64,000 nucleotides of DNA, from positions 434,001 through 498,000 of the forward strand of contig NMRA01000233.1 in assembly GCA_002633005.1 (NCBI GenBank), in the 5' to 3' direction. The stretch is from Phoronis australis (lineage: Eukaryota > Animalia > Phoronida). Positions 26,701 to 41,700 of the stretch are shown here, in pieces. The stretch's first letter is position 1; every line of letters begins with the position of its first letter. The translations under genes and the position numbers were made by a program. The notes beneath the pieces are model-generated. The model made no database searches. It saw nothing but the letters and a program-made list of their open reading frames with translations, and was not told the origin of the DNA.

Positions 26701-29700
26701 GGACTCCTCCTGACACAACGCAGACGTGTGCGACATCTACGTCTGATGAAAATGCAGACCATTCTGTCAAAAATACCAACTTACGTCCAGTTTGTGCCTA
26801 AGTCCAGCTCTGATCTCCCCCAGTATGGTGTCTGTGACGACTGGCTTATACAGCGCCTCACGTGTACTAATAATTCTGATGACTTCCTGGACACAGAACG
26901 ACGAACTGTCGCGCAAGGACATGTCGTCAATCTAAAGAGAGAAAAAGAATGGAAGAAAACAAAGTCAATTGAAAATCCAAGAAAATGACATTTCTCAGCA
27001 CAGAAAATGACTCAGCATTACAGCTACTCTGATTGCGAAGTCCACTTACACTCAGCCGTAATGACAGGTAATTATGTTGACCCTTAGTTATCCTAAAGGG
27101 GGATTGCATGACAATTTGATTAAATTTGGTGCATATTGCATTCCCTCATCAATACCCAAACCCAAACCCAAACATAGTTCATAATGATCATGGCTGCCAC
27201 ATGTTTAATAAGCTTCTTGCAGCGATTATCCACCATGGTGAATCGTTAGATTCGGACCATTTTACAACTTGTTGCTGGAATAAAGAGATCCAGAATGACT
27301 CCACTATGATAACAACAGAATCTTCCTTTGAGGAGGGACAGAAAAGCCAAGCGTACATGCTATTTTATGTCTAATCGAACACTTTCAACAGCTCATCTAC
27401 ATAATGAAGAAAAGTCAAGTACACCTACACTGAAGCCTGACAAGATCCTAGGCAGGGCAAGTATAAGTGTATTTATATGTATATATTTACATCTGCCAAG
27501 CTTAGAATTTAATTATCTCTATTCTTTTTTTTCGACATCACTACTAAGATCTGTCATGATTGCTCGTCCATTAGAAGTTGACACTTGGCTCTGGTGATGT
27601 TCCCTTGGCAGACCTACCAATGACTACTTTCTAAGAAGGATAATTCAGACGTTTATTTCAATAACCACTTGAAAGATAGATAACACTGAAGGCAGAGTAA
27701 CATTTGGGCACTTGGCATAATATAATAAATATAATAAACTGCTTCAGAGCACAGTGGTTATATTGGTTTTAGGTATGGATAAAATGAAATACCTTTTTCA
27801 TACTATGTACCATGACATCTACATAAATTCACATATGATATCCGACAAGACATTAATATAGATAAAGAGCTTGACGAATTGTTCAAAAACGGATAAGGTA
27901 TGAATTGAAGGAAAAAATGACAGACAATGCAGTACAAGCCAAAGCACTCAGACAAAATGACCCAGAATTTCATGTCATGAAGGCTGGGCAGAAACTGAAC
28001 TCATGATCAAAGTAGTCTTCCCTCATAACGGAGAATGAAGCGGAGTTAACAGGCAAGTTAGTAAGGTGGATAAGTCAATCTGTAATTAGAATTTTGACAC
28101 CCTTACAGTTACTACCAGTCACTTTTGCTGTTAACAAAATAAGCCGTCATGACGGAATTTTGTCCAATTACTTTTGTCTTGTACCGTAACAACAATGGAG
28201 AGACTCTTCACTGCAATCTTACATTATTGATGAAGAAACAGCAGTTATATACGATCATCCGCAGAAGAACAGCAGACGTCTCATCAACGTACTGCAACTT
28301 GTCTTTGATGTCCTGGAAAGCCTCCAGTCGCAGAATATAGTCTGGTTCTTCCACGCGACGCTTGTCCCAGGAATTTAGCTAGAAAAACATGCCACAATGC
28401 AAAATCTAATTTTCTGAGATTTGACTCTGGGCATGGAATCGAACGTAGAACCCCACGGTCACAGTCTTAGGCTGCGCTAGTGGAGCCCAATCCCACTTGA
28501 TAAATGCCACAGAGTATTTCAAGCGTATTGAACTGGTCACTGACATTGATCACAGTGGAATGGCTGCCAGACAACGGTGAGAATTGGTGATTTGTAGTTG
28601 TAATAAAAGCACAAATTAAGTCAAAATGACTTTTGTTGTTTTAGAGTTCTAGTCAAAGCTAATAACTTCAAGAAGTGTATCTCATCCATCATTTGCCTTG
28701 CGGTCATAAAACCCAATAATGCCCCCTTAAATATCACTCCTCTTAAACTAAAGCTACTATCTACTCCACTGTCATCAAAAGACTAATTTCTTTATAATAC
28801 TAAATCTCTTGAATATGTGAGTGGATAGAATTGTATACATTTGTATGAAAATGATTTATTTACATTCGTAATCATATGTCATTGTAATTTTAACATCAGT
28901 TTTTTTAATTTATGTATTTGTGTATAATAATTGTAATATATAGATTTCTTTGTATTTATTTAACCCAGATATAATGCCTCTTGGCACTTTCTGGGTTATG
29001 TATATTCATTGTATTGAAGATTTCGTAATAAACATTAAAAAAATCAAAAGGCTAACGTTTGATTCACAGCTTTTTTTATAGCTTTTTAGAACGCAGGTTT
29101 TTAATATGTAACAGATTCAAAAGGAAACAACAAAAGATTTGGCGATTTAGTCTAAAAAACTAGCTGTGTCACCTGCTGCTGTAAATTAGTATTTCCTCTG
29201 AAAGACAGAAATGTCATTCAAGAGGGCGGCAGTCTTCCCTGACAGACATTGAAAACCTGCCCACAGCATTAGTCAGCCTTGTCAAGTTTGAAGACTATTC
29301 TAAGTAATCAGTTTATTGCAATCTTTTGAAGTCTGATGAGGGTCACAGAGCACTATTTTGGTTCAAAGTTTTAAGTGATATAGTCACAGTTTATTCTAAC
29401 TGTTATGACTAATACAACATTTAGTATGTGTTTGCGATCAATAATGACCAATAACATTCAAAATATTTTTAGCTGAATGCGAGACCAACCTTCAGCACCA
29501 CCTCAGCCAAGAACATGTGCTTGCTGTCACGTGCTGCCACCACTTGGAGAATGTCACACAGTAGAGTTCTTGAACGCTTATCTTGGATGGAGCCAAACAG
29601 CGGAGACAGAACCCTGAACATATAATCAATATCATTTTATATACCTTATATTTCACAAGAATATGAATAACATAAAGGCTTCTCAACAGGATATTTCATT

Positions 29701-32700
29701 CATTTTCACTTGACAAAATTCACCCAAGATTCATCTTTTGAGCATAGGTAGATAATAAGTATTACTTATTACATACTTATAGTACTAAACGAGGTACAAC
29801 TTGTGAAACCACTCACTTAATTATCCTGACAGAAATCATGAATTTAAAGCTCATTTCATGGGAAGACCTTAATAAATTATTTTCTGATAAGCTATAACAA
29901 GAGCAACGCAGAGCGTTGAAATGCGCCCACAATTGCACCGTATACGGTATCCTTCTAGGGTTGTTTATTGGTACCATCAAGTGGCCAGTAGAGGGCATAT
30001 ATGTAGTACGTTGTACTTTGCAAAATGGAAAGGCATGGTCATTGTCTCCTCAATAGGATAGGGGCAAAATGTGAGTGATCTTCATAATAGAAGCACATCC
30101 TATACATCAGTTGCTTAAAGCACCACAGAAACTTAGAATTAAAAACAAATTTACCAACATAAATTTAGTAAAGATCCTGCAGACGGTTTGGGAGATACAG
30201 CCATGGGCGCAAAATAAACTGCCACTAGGAGGCGCCACAGTAATCAAAGTCATGGGAAATTCAGCGTCAACCGTCCTCTTCATAGTAAGAACATACATGC
30301 CAATTTTCACAATCATACTTAGAGCGGTTTGGTTGATAGAGGGGTGGACGCCATCCAAAAATGGGAGGATAGCGTCATCGCACTAATAGGTGCCTACATA
30401 TCAAATTTCATGAAAATCCGTTAAGGACTTTTGAAGATACACAGGTAAACGTAAAAAAATAAAATTGCCACTAGGGGGCACACTAGTAGTCGGATCCGTC
30501 CAAAAGTCATCATCTTCCATTGTTAACATCATATAAATATACTTACACAATTTCGTAAAGATCCTGCGAACGGTTTAGGCGCAAAAAAAACAAAACTGCC
30601 ACTAGGAGGCGCCACAGTAGTCGAAATCGTCGGAAAATCATTGTCAACCGTCCTCTACATAGTAAGCATATACTTGCCAATTTTCACAATCATCCTTTGA
30701 GCGGTTTGGTTGATGGAGGGGTGGACGCACAAAACAGACTCGAAAACAATAAAAATGGCCACTAGGTGGCGCAAACTATGTCGAACCCATCTGAAAACGG
30801 AAGGATAGCGTCACCTCACTAATAGGTGCCTACATACCAAATTTCATGAAAATTCGTTCAGGACTTTTGAAGATACAAAGGTAAGCATAAAAAACTAAAA
30901 TTGCCACTAGGGGGCACATCGGTAGTCGGATCCGTCTGAAAGTTCGCACATGCCGTCCCATTCACGAATGGAACATATGTGCCAAATTTCATGAACATAT
31001 GTCAAAGAGTTTTGGAGATAAAGCAGCGGACGCCGGACGGACACCGCCTGGACGGACGGACGGACGGAGATGACGGCTTAATGCGTCCACATATAAATAT
31101 GTGGGCGCATAAAAAGGGGGTCCCCAAAGAAGTAGCTCAACATTTGTGTATTATGACAAATATATACATCACAAGGCAAAAATCAATGAGCAACTATATC
31201 ATGCTTTGACCTACCCCAAGAACTGCTCTGGGTTGTCAGCCAACTTCATCAGGTTGCTTACTGCTCGCAAGATGTCGAGTTCAACTTCGGATGAGCGAGA
31301 GACATTCTTTGACAGGAAGGGAAGCAACAAACGGATCAACTCACAGCTCGTCTCTGGTTCTTTGACGAACACACTGATCCTAAGGAATAACACAAAGGGT
31401 AATATACATCAATATGGTCTTGCGGTTACTGGAAACTTTCATAACCAAGCACAAACTAAATCTTTTATCACTGAAACTTATTACCAACAGGAAAATAACA
31501 TCACGCTTACGACGATATGACGGCATTTTTGAAGAAATCACATTTTTGAAGAAATCACGTTTTTGAAGATAATGTCATAAATTTCACATCTAAGAATCTA
31601 TTTGCACAAAGCTTGCAAATTTTGTTACTTTAAATCACTGGCTACAACAGTGCACCCAGGATTTTCTACTAAGGCCTTTTGCACCCAAAAATTCGGCAGT
31701 CTAAAACCGAGAAATCCAATCTTTCCAAGAAATACGTAAGAACTCACTAAGATACAAAATGATTGACAGCTTACTTTGACAAGATATTGAGCTCCCTGGC
31801 GGGAAAGTTGTGCTTCTTCACCGACTGTCCAGACAAAGATTTGACTACTCCTCTGATGTGCCGCAAGATGTCGCTCACATGTGGTAATAATAACTTCGTA
31901 CCCACTGACAGTGACTCTGCAGTGAAAGGTCAAAGGTTACAGACCATGGTCTCTTACATACGTAAGAAATACACATACTTTGTTTGCCATGTCACATAGT
32001 CAAAGACTAAATATTAAAATAAAATTTTAAAAGATTTTGAGAAAATTCACATAATACAGTCTCCCTGACAGGCATTCAAATATGCCAATATGAAAGATTG
32101 TAATCACAAGGTCATCCTTAATCATAAATCAAGTATTTTTTAATCTCTGATCATTTAATTTCACATAAAAGTACAAAGCGTAATTGAAGAGATATACTCA
32201 AAATCAAAACTTTGTACAGCCTAAAAATATGTCATCTGAAAATGGCGTTGAAAATATGTTGGAAACATTTCAAGTCTTGTCAGTCTAATAATAGTGAAAA
32301 CAAAAAACCTGCCATTTTCAATAGAACTACTGAGCAGAGCTTGAGGCAGAACTAGTTCTCGTCTTTTTTGTTCTTCAGTTGAAAAGTCGGGAATAGTCAA
32401 CAAGTTGTCGACGATTTCCATGATAGTGCTGACGACATTCAAGTGGACGTTATTGGCCAGCAGAAGAGTGAAGACAGGATGAAGGACAGAGACATCTTGT
32501 GGCGACTTGCGTGTTGACAAGAGCGGAAAGTACCTGAAATAGCAATGCCATGCTTAATGGATGCCAGGAAATGCACAAAAACTTGATGTAGCTTCCTGAT
32601 GCAGAGGTTTTCTGCTTAGATAAAGTAACTGACTCTCCATTTGGCATGGAAAGCCGAGTACAGAGTAAAACCATTTAAAATAAATCACAATTAAAGTGGA

Positions 32701-35700
32701 TTTTCGGTTAAAGCTGTATTTTGCATTGTTTGGCTGGTTACAACATGAAAATCGAATTGGTCTCATAATAATATTCCTTACTGTGATAGGATTCCATTTC
32801 CGTTACCAACTCAAGCCACAGGCAATGCATAGATTTGCCATTGTTTAATTCGCAATTTTAGGGCTTACAAATCCCAACAATTTCTGAAGCATTTTCTCAA
32901 GTCAATGTGCCCAAACAAACTCTGGAGCATTTTCTTGAGACAATGTTCTTGTTGGTAATGGAGATAGAACCCAATCACGCTAAGGATACTGATGAAACCA
33001 ATTTTATAAGAGAGTAAGTCCAAATCCGATTTTCATTTTTAATTCAGCTAAACAGAGCAAACTGCAACTTAAAGGATGAAATCTGAAAATATCCAAAATA
33101 AATTGAAAGTGACTCAATCTACCTGCTGTCATGACTCCAAACATTGAAGAGCTTTAGTAAGGGAGTTGGGTGGTAGAGACCTTCGTAAGACAATTTATCA
33201 ACCTAAAGACAAGTAGAACAAGTAAGAAACAACTGCCATATTGTTTATAAGACTCAGTTAAGCCCTGTTCACACTTAGTGATTTGTCTGCAATTTATGGT
33301 TGCAGGGAGTTGCAGTTGGCGTTCCAGACAAATCGATAAGTATGGACAGGTCTTTGAAGCTGAAGCATAGCTTGCCAATCGACAGTCAGGAGACAACTTT
33401 GCAAGTGCAATGAAGTATCCACACTCATCGACAAGTTGTTCCTTGACAGTCCCATTGCAGGCAAATTGTTAAGTGTCAAAGCCCTTTATGATTCGTAACC
33501 TTAACAAAAAAGGAAGCCATTGTTCAGTTTTACTACCAATATCTAACCATGACAAAAAACTTAACATTGCACCAGGAATTCATATAAAATACAAAATAAT
33601 GCACAAAACAAAACAAAAAAATTACATAAGCCTGGACGCAATTGTGTCACTAAGAATGGTGAATAAGAACATTATACAATTCAAATATAAAAACCACTTG
33701 CAAAGATTAGGTTGCTCTAAATGTACTGCAATCACTTGGTGACAAACTGCCAACGAACCTGAGGCCACACAGCAGCGTGTAGGATGGCTTCCAGCTCAGT
33801 GGGGGAGAATGGATAACTGGAGAATGATGAGAAGAACTAAAATAAAATAAATCGCACGGTTGAAAACAGCCAATCAGACGGCAGAAGGAATGCATTGGAT
33901 TTCGCAAGAAATCCCAAAAAACAGCACGCATTTTGCATTGTTTTCGGATGCAAGGTGAGTGATTCAGGTCAAGAACACACCAGGGCTTGGAATGACCCAT
34001 GACAAAAAAAGAGTAAAAATTTCCAGATGGTGTATTGTTCTACAAATAGGCCTATATAAAAGACACTTTTGTGTTGAAAAATTTAACTGAAATAAACGTT
34101 TTTTATGAATAAAATCAAAATAATGATCAAAAAGAGGACACTGGTAATCAAATACAAGAGCAATGCGGAGCGTTGAAATGCACCCACAAATGCATCGCAA
34201 ATGGTGTGCTTTTAGGGGTTTTTGTTTGTATCATCGAAATGGCCACTAGATGGCACAAAATACGTCGAATCCGTCTGACAACCAGAAAATGTTACCGTTT
34301 CTTTAAAAGAAAGACATTTACCAAATTTCACTAAAATTGGTTAAGGAACTTCAGAGAAACTTAGGAAAATGAGAAAAAATGAAACTGCCACGAGGGGCAC
34401 AGTGTTCGTCAGATCCGTCTAAAAGTCGTCGTCTGCTCTTGCTAACTTCATTTAAATACATGTGGTAAATTTAATAAAGAACCTGCAGAGGGCTTAGGAG
34501 ATACAGGTACGGGTGCAAAAAAAAAAACAAAACTGCCACTAGGAGGCACCACAGTACTCAAAGTCATTGGAAAATCATCATCAACTGTCCCCTTCATAGA
34601 AGGAACATACATGCCAACTTTCACGATCATCCTCAGAGTGGTTTGGTTGGCAGAGGGACGGATGCCAAAAAACAGACTCCAAAACAACAAAAATGGCCAC
34701 TAAGTGGCGCAAACTACGAATCCATCCGAAAACGAGAGGATAGTGTCATCTCACTAATAGATGTCTAAGTGCCAAATTTTATGGAAATTTGTTGAGGACC
34801 TTTGAAGATACAGAGGTAAACGTAAAAAACTAAAACTGCCACTAGGGGGCACACCGGTACACCGATCTGTTTGAAAGTTGTCGTCGTCGGTTGTCAACTT
34901 CATATAAATATATTTGCTAAATTAATAAAGATCCTGTAGAACGTTTAGGAGTTACAGCCATGGGCGCAAAAACAAACAAAACTACCAATAGGAGGCGCCA
35001 CTGTAGTCAAAGTCGTTGGAAAATCATCGTCAAATGTCTTCCTCATAGTAAGAACACACATGCCAATTTTCATCCTTAAAGTGGTTTGGTTGTTAGAGGG
35101 GCGGACGCCAAAAAATGACTCGATAACAGTAAAAACGGCCAATAAATGGCACAAAATGCCTCGAATCCATCCGAAAATGAGAGGGTAGTGTCAACTCATC
35201 AAAAGATTTCTATGTGCCAAATGTCATAAAAATTGGTTGAAGACATTTGAAGATACAGAGGCAAACGTAAAAAACTAAAATTGCCCCTAGGGGGCACAGT
35301 GGTATTCGAGTCGGTCTGAAACTCGTCGTCCTCTGTCGTCAACCCCATAGGAACACACTTGCCAAATTTCAGTAAGATCCAGCAAGGGGTTTAAGAGAAA
35401 CAGCCATGGACGCCGGACGCCCAGACAGAGATAACGGCAATATGCGACCACATATAAATATGAGGGCGCATAAAAAGAAAATTGAAAACAAAAAAGAGGA
35501 AATCCTCTAAAAGGAAATTCCAAGCCCTGAGATGTTAAACATCCTGAAGACCTCAATGGAGAGTCTTTAAACTCAAATTTATTGATGCCAGTCACTGGAA
35601 ACCTACCACAAATCTAAGAAGAGGAGACGGTCAACTACCTACCTGTATAATCCTATTGATGGCCAGCTGTCTCAATGCCTTCAGTGTGTTCACTGCCTTA

Positions 35701-38700
35701 GGGTGGACCTGGTCCCTTAGGCTCAGCAGGAGGTTGAATTCCGCCGCTTGACAAACAAGGATGCGTAGAATGGTCGGCAGGTAACAGTCGATCAGGTTGC
35801 CCAGTTTTTTGAAGACGACGTCGACAGAGTTGAGAACACTGAAACACAGTTTACACAAAAATACAGTAATATGATCGGAAGTTAGGCCCATTCGAATGCA
35901 AAAATTCAATAGTCAATATTAGGCTGAACCTTTACACTGATATATAATTGACTGCTAGAAATTTCATCAAAAATAATTGATTTCAGAGGTTTGCTCAATA
36001 GACAAGTTACCTATACTTAGAGCCACCAGTAAAACAAAATTGTCTCACACAAGACAATTCTTCTAAAACTGACAGACAAGTATACATGCGTACTTGAGAA
36101 AGCACACATCAAACAAGTCATTACAAATTCGTTCTTTACCCATGCTGTTTGCGCAAAGGAATGACTCTGTCAATTCTGTCCACAGACATAATCTCCCTCA
36201 CTTTAGAGGAGATGTCCTCTGTAACATAGTCCATGAACGGCTGAAATATCAGGTCTAAGAACAGCTTGAGCTCTTCCTCACGAGAGCCGGCAAGAAATCT
36301 AAAGACAATGCCCCGCCGAACTTCACTGCGACCCTTGCCCGCTGTGTCATTACCCGTCTTTGTCAACATCTTGCCATAAAGAACCCTGAAGAAAAATGAG
36401 TACAAACAGGTCGTACTAAGTATTTATTCAAAAAAAAATAAACATAATATTAGTCAGACCAAATATTGTCAGGAAGTTCATAATTTTGAAAAACAAATTA
36501 AATTTGAAGGAAAGAGTGTGCTTTTATCACTCGGACAAAAAGAAAAAATACTTTCACCTACAAAACATCAAAACACAATAAAGATGAAAGTCATATTTTA
36601 AAAAGTTTATACCTAAAAACATGTTGAGAACAGTAATCTAAGTCAAGATTGACAGTATCACAAAAACTCCCACGAAAATTAAAAAAATAAACGTAAATCA
36701 CGCCCATGAACATGTAAGTACAAATGATGGAAATTTCCTACACGTTGACATCTAAGACACGAGGAGAACACTAACCTAAGTCTGATACATTCATTATGCA
36801 GCCCACTTACCTCATGAGAACAGGAAGCAGACCTTCTCTATGTTCATCCAGCACCACCCCGTTTTCTGGGTCTATACTGAACAGGGCAATCTCATTCTTG
36901 AATGTCTTGTCATCCAACAGTCGGTCAAAGTTTTCTCTGAAAGGCAAACAAGAGGTCTACCCTGATGACACAATGATAATAGGTGAAACTTCACCCAAAA
37001 CTGAATATTAAAAACTTGTAGATGTCTAGGTACATTCGTATTTCTTTGCCTCAACAAATTGAAACTAATGTTGACAGAAAAACTATACTAGATGCAATGC
37101 TAGCAGGTGTTATCAGTATCAGTATCAATATCAATCAGCAAGATTGAAAGAGCCATTGCTTACAACAGGATTTGCATACAGCATTACACACCTGATATTA
37201 TCATCAAATTCTTACTTATATGGCACCAGGAACTTGTAGTTGTACGTCATTAGACACTGCAGCGCCACCTTTTGTACAGCAGGGTCCTGATGATGTAACA
37301 GGTCATAGTAGAGGCCATGTAGGCGGGGTTCCAGGTATGTGCTCTTGGGATTCTTGAACTTTGCAAACAGGGACAGCATCTGCACGAATGTCCTGAGGAA
37401 AGATAATAATTAGACTGTTACCTGTTGTACCGAAATGTCATGCATTTACTGTTCATGAAACAAATTAAAAAACGATCAAAACAGCACCAATTTGCGACCA
37501 GACAATGCGATAGAAATGATTCCTCATAATAAACATATCCCACTTTATGCTATGCTGTCTAAACATCCCTGCTTCAAAGTTTTCCAGAGAACTTTGTTTC
37601 GACTAGCCACGAAGACAAAGAAAAAATCAGATTACTGGAACCAAAGCAAAAGACGGCAACTTTGTCTATGAATTTGCAGTGATAATTGACAACAACAGAT
37701 TTTCATTTTAATTGTTGAATAGTACTGTACTGCATCTCACTTGGTGGCTGCCTTGCGATACCGCTTCCCCGATATATCCCCCTCAGCGCCCTCTGGTATC
37801 TCCCCGTCAAGCTGTAACAAAGACATGCCCTCCTCATTCAATGGATTGTCCAGCTCAAGGTCACTCGCATCCACTCTGGCCACAGTGTTGTCCGCACTGA
37901 TGTCTTGATGTTGGGCCATATTTAGGTCAGATGTGTAGTACTCGTTCCTGTGGTAAAGTCGATTTAAATTCTCACCGATTTCGGACAACGATGAATGCCT
38001 AAATTAACCTTCAGTTTTCACATTTTTCAAGAGGTTAATTCTAACAGACTAGTGTTAATGTCTCCAATTTCGCAAAACATTACCTTACTGAAAGAATACT
38101 ATAGAACTAAAAACAAAAAAGCTGTAAGTTGGTACTAATTATTTTTTCAAATTGAAAAAATCCCTCGTCTGCCATATTGTGTCCTAAATTGTAGATTTTA
38201 CTGTAATGCAATACAAATTGGTAATTGTATCAATGAGAGCCAAGCTCGTAGAAAAACATCCCCCTCGCATAAATCAGTCACAACAAAATGTAGGTTTTCT
38301 TTAATTTTCTAACATCTATAAAAAGAAGTCGCTTTTACAGCTAAAACATTTTCATGTACGTTTTAATGTTAAGGTGTAAAACTGTTTTGACCTACTTGAG
38401 GAACCTGAATATCAGTGGAGATAGCAGCCGTGACCGGGCCTCACACTTGTCCGGAAATAACTGCATAGCTTTCCACAACAGCTGCCTAAAGTTACGTATA
38501 TCCGTGGGTGGTTCTTTGTTCAGCGATGATAAACTGCTGTGGTGCATCAGGTCTACGAGAGAGTGCACCCCCGGAACAAGGGGCTGGCTGGCCAAGATGG
38601 TTGTCTGGCGAGTCTTACGAGAAGACTGCACAGCAAGTTTTTCTGGAATAAGATTTAGTCAAAGACTTGCATGACATCACAACACAAAGCAGCACTCACT

Positions 38701-41700
38701 CTAGACTATAGACAAAAACGAAATTTGCACAGTCACTATGAAAATTTTGAACACAGATATGTGCACCTAACCACATGAAGCATCCCGCTGACCGAAAAAT
38801 GTCAAAAACGGCGAGATTAAGGTTCATCTAAGAAACAGCATTATTCAGGGCACTAAAATTCGTAACTAAAATTCATACTTCGACTATTCAAAATGGTGAC
38901 TACAAGTGTTACAAATGTACGGCAATTTAACAAAAAAAGTCACTTTGTTACTTTTGGAACTTTGAAGGGTTAGAGAATTAGAATTTTATCGCCCCACTAG
39001 TTATTACCAGTCATTTTTGCTGATAACAGAATTATCCATCATAATATTTTGTCTGATTACTTTCATCTTGTACAGACTGTACATTTATTTTAACTTTACC
39101 CTTGAAGAGATCATGTTTATTGCTTTTGGAAGATCTGTTTGACATGCTATGCATTTGTTTCCCAACTACAGCCTTAGCACACGAGTAGACATGAGCTAGT
39201 TTATTAAGACACACGAACATAAATTTACATTTATCCTTCCTCCCATACAGTCTACACCAGATAAGTTGATCATGCATAAAATCAGTCCAACAACAGTCTT
39301 ATTGGTAACAGGTGTCACGCAGTTTGAGAACCAGTTTTCTACTACCGTTGTATCACTTAAGTTTGCTCTGCGCTGGGGATCTAATCTTTTTACTCAAGAT
39401 CGTTTTTGTCATTTTTTATTAAGTGAACACCAAAATGAACATCTATTATTCTATTCTTGACTACATAATGACCTATGTGGATAACTTTTTAATGTCACTT
39501 TGCACTTGATGGCCACAGCATTAAGGCTGAATGTTTGAGTTTTTACTAGCACAAATAAAGGCGTCATCATAAACTTGGACTAGAAGCTCATACACATAAA
39601 CCATATCATACTCGAGCGCAAACTAATAGCCACTTATCTGGAGTAGAATAGAAAATGCCCAAAAATAATGTCAAGTTCGATTTCAAGTACAAGATTAGAC
39701 CCCGGCCCATGGTTTATTTTAATTTAAATCAAAAACAAACTATGACTAAAGCACTTAAATCTTTGAAACAAAAAAATGCTCTGCAAACGTTCAAAGTCCT
39801 CCCTTTTTTAGCTGAATAATGCTTTTGCCCATCAACAGAGGTACAGTACTCATGGGAAAACAGGGCATGACAGAACCAGCTAAGGGTGAAATCACCAAAA
39901 CAGGATATAGCATTTTAATGGGAGACTTTCAGGAAGCGATAGGGGCCGATCACACGAGTCCGGCGACTCATATCGCCACCTAGCTGAACCAGGAGTTATT
40001 TTGTCTTCGCAACGGGAGACATAGGGGAACAGTTTGACTCCGTAAGAAGAACCTTTTACAGACTATGTGATTAGACGTGATGTGTTTCAAACAAAAGTTA
40101 CAAAAGCCTCCTCCTCTAGAGGCTACTGGTATCTGGTCACATGTGATCACTCGTCAAATTGGTTTTTGAAATTCCCCAATTGGCTTAATCAGTACAACAT
40201 TGTAAACTCCAGACAACAGGTTTCCTACCAGTCTCGCCTGTTGCCTTCTCCAGGTACTCAGAGAAAACAGACCAGAAGACTGCCGTGTCCATGCCGTAGG
40301 CATGAGACTGGACAAGGTCCATCACTGGGGACCACAGCATGGTGAAGTTAACATACAGCATGCTCAGCAGGTATCGTAAGGGGACCTGGAATATAGCATG
40401 GCGTAAGTGTGACTGTAATACACCAATTGAAAGGCAATGGTTATGAAACCATAATCTCATGAGCTGTAGAAGAGAGGACATCCATCATGATGACAGCAGT
40501 ATAGTTCGGTAGTAGCCCTTTGTTTACACAAACTTCGTTAAAGACACGTCGACTAGAGTTGTTGTTAGCGAGCTTGATACTGGTATGTTCGTAATTTCGG
40601 AACAGTCTACTTTCTTAAGGTGTGCAGGTATGGAGTAATAAAAGACCAAACTTGTTCCTTACTCAAACCAGATGTGATTTTCAGGCTTTGAAAGGAGTAG
40701 TTTGTTACTGTTGAAAGCATGCCCAAGAAATTGTCGCGTCATGAAGAGCCATTTTATGCGCCAAACATCGTCTGAACCAATAATGAAAGGTAAGATGTTT
40801 TCAAGCCAAGAATCCAATTCCCATCTGAGCAGGGAAGAGAACGAGTTTATTTTGAAACAGATAACGGTCTAAATTAAATTTGTTTCTTTAACAGAACGTG
40901 CGTTTATTGCAGCTTTGTTGTGCACTGGTCCCATTCTCTCCGTTGTGTTTATTGCAGGTGACCGAATAATTTAACAGTACTACACTGTGTGTAATTTTGT
41001 AATTAGAAAAGTCCAGTTTTACTAACACTCAAGATTACCCAAATCCTAAATTTGTAAGAAACGCACAAAAACCCAAACAGGAGGTTGAGGGCGTGGCTTC
41101 TTACATACCCCATTAAACGGCCCTATAGGCAGGTAATTCTGTACAGCATCGTACTCCAGCTTACGAAGGTACATCAGCTTGTCTCTAGACTCCTGGACAG
41201 ACACAGGCACTAGCTCTGCATCCAGACACAGTTTGAACACATCGTCACGGTTACTGGGCTGAAAGAGGTGCAGCAGTGAACTGTGGGTAGTTTTAGAATA
41301 GTAGGAGCTGATTATTAATAGTGGTCTGTGTATAGTGCACATACAGTCTAATGGATGAAGAACAAAACAATGAAACTCCAAGCGCCATAACTCTTCTATA
41401 GTCACTTTAAGATTATGTTAGGACCCTATCATGAAGTCAAATATTTACAAAACTATAGATTTTTACTCTGTCAGTAAAAGTTTATATTTTATGAAAGCTG
41501 AATTTGATTTCGACTTAACACCAATCTGCCAATAAGTAGATCACATGATCACGTCTTTATAGTAAAATTTAGCAAAAAAGGCAAATTCACAGGAAAACGG
41601 CAGTACAAACAATGAAACCAAATTTTATTTGATATAAATCCTCGAGGTGAAATATCAAGAAAGCTGTAACAATTTTCTAAATTATCATTGCCTTTTTGTT

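Noticed and set aside
30075-35595. Related ORFs 30107-30358, 34448-34690 and 34945-35154 suggesting a small peptide family
   Set aside because: They are chance frames within HINE monomers and are not conserved in frame between copies.
41259-41280. Upstream acceptor CCCACAG extending UTP20 exon 16
   Set aside because: Its phase is incompatible with exon 15 (42160-42225). The acceptor at 41258 keeps the frame.
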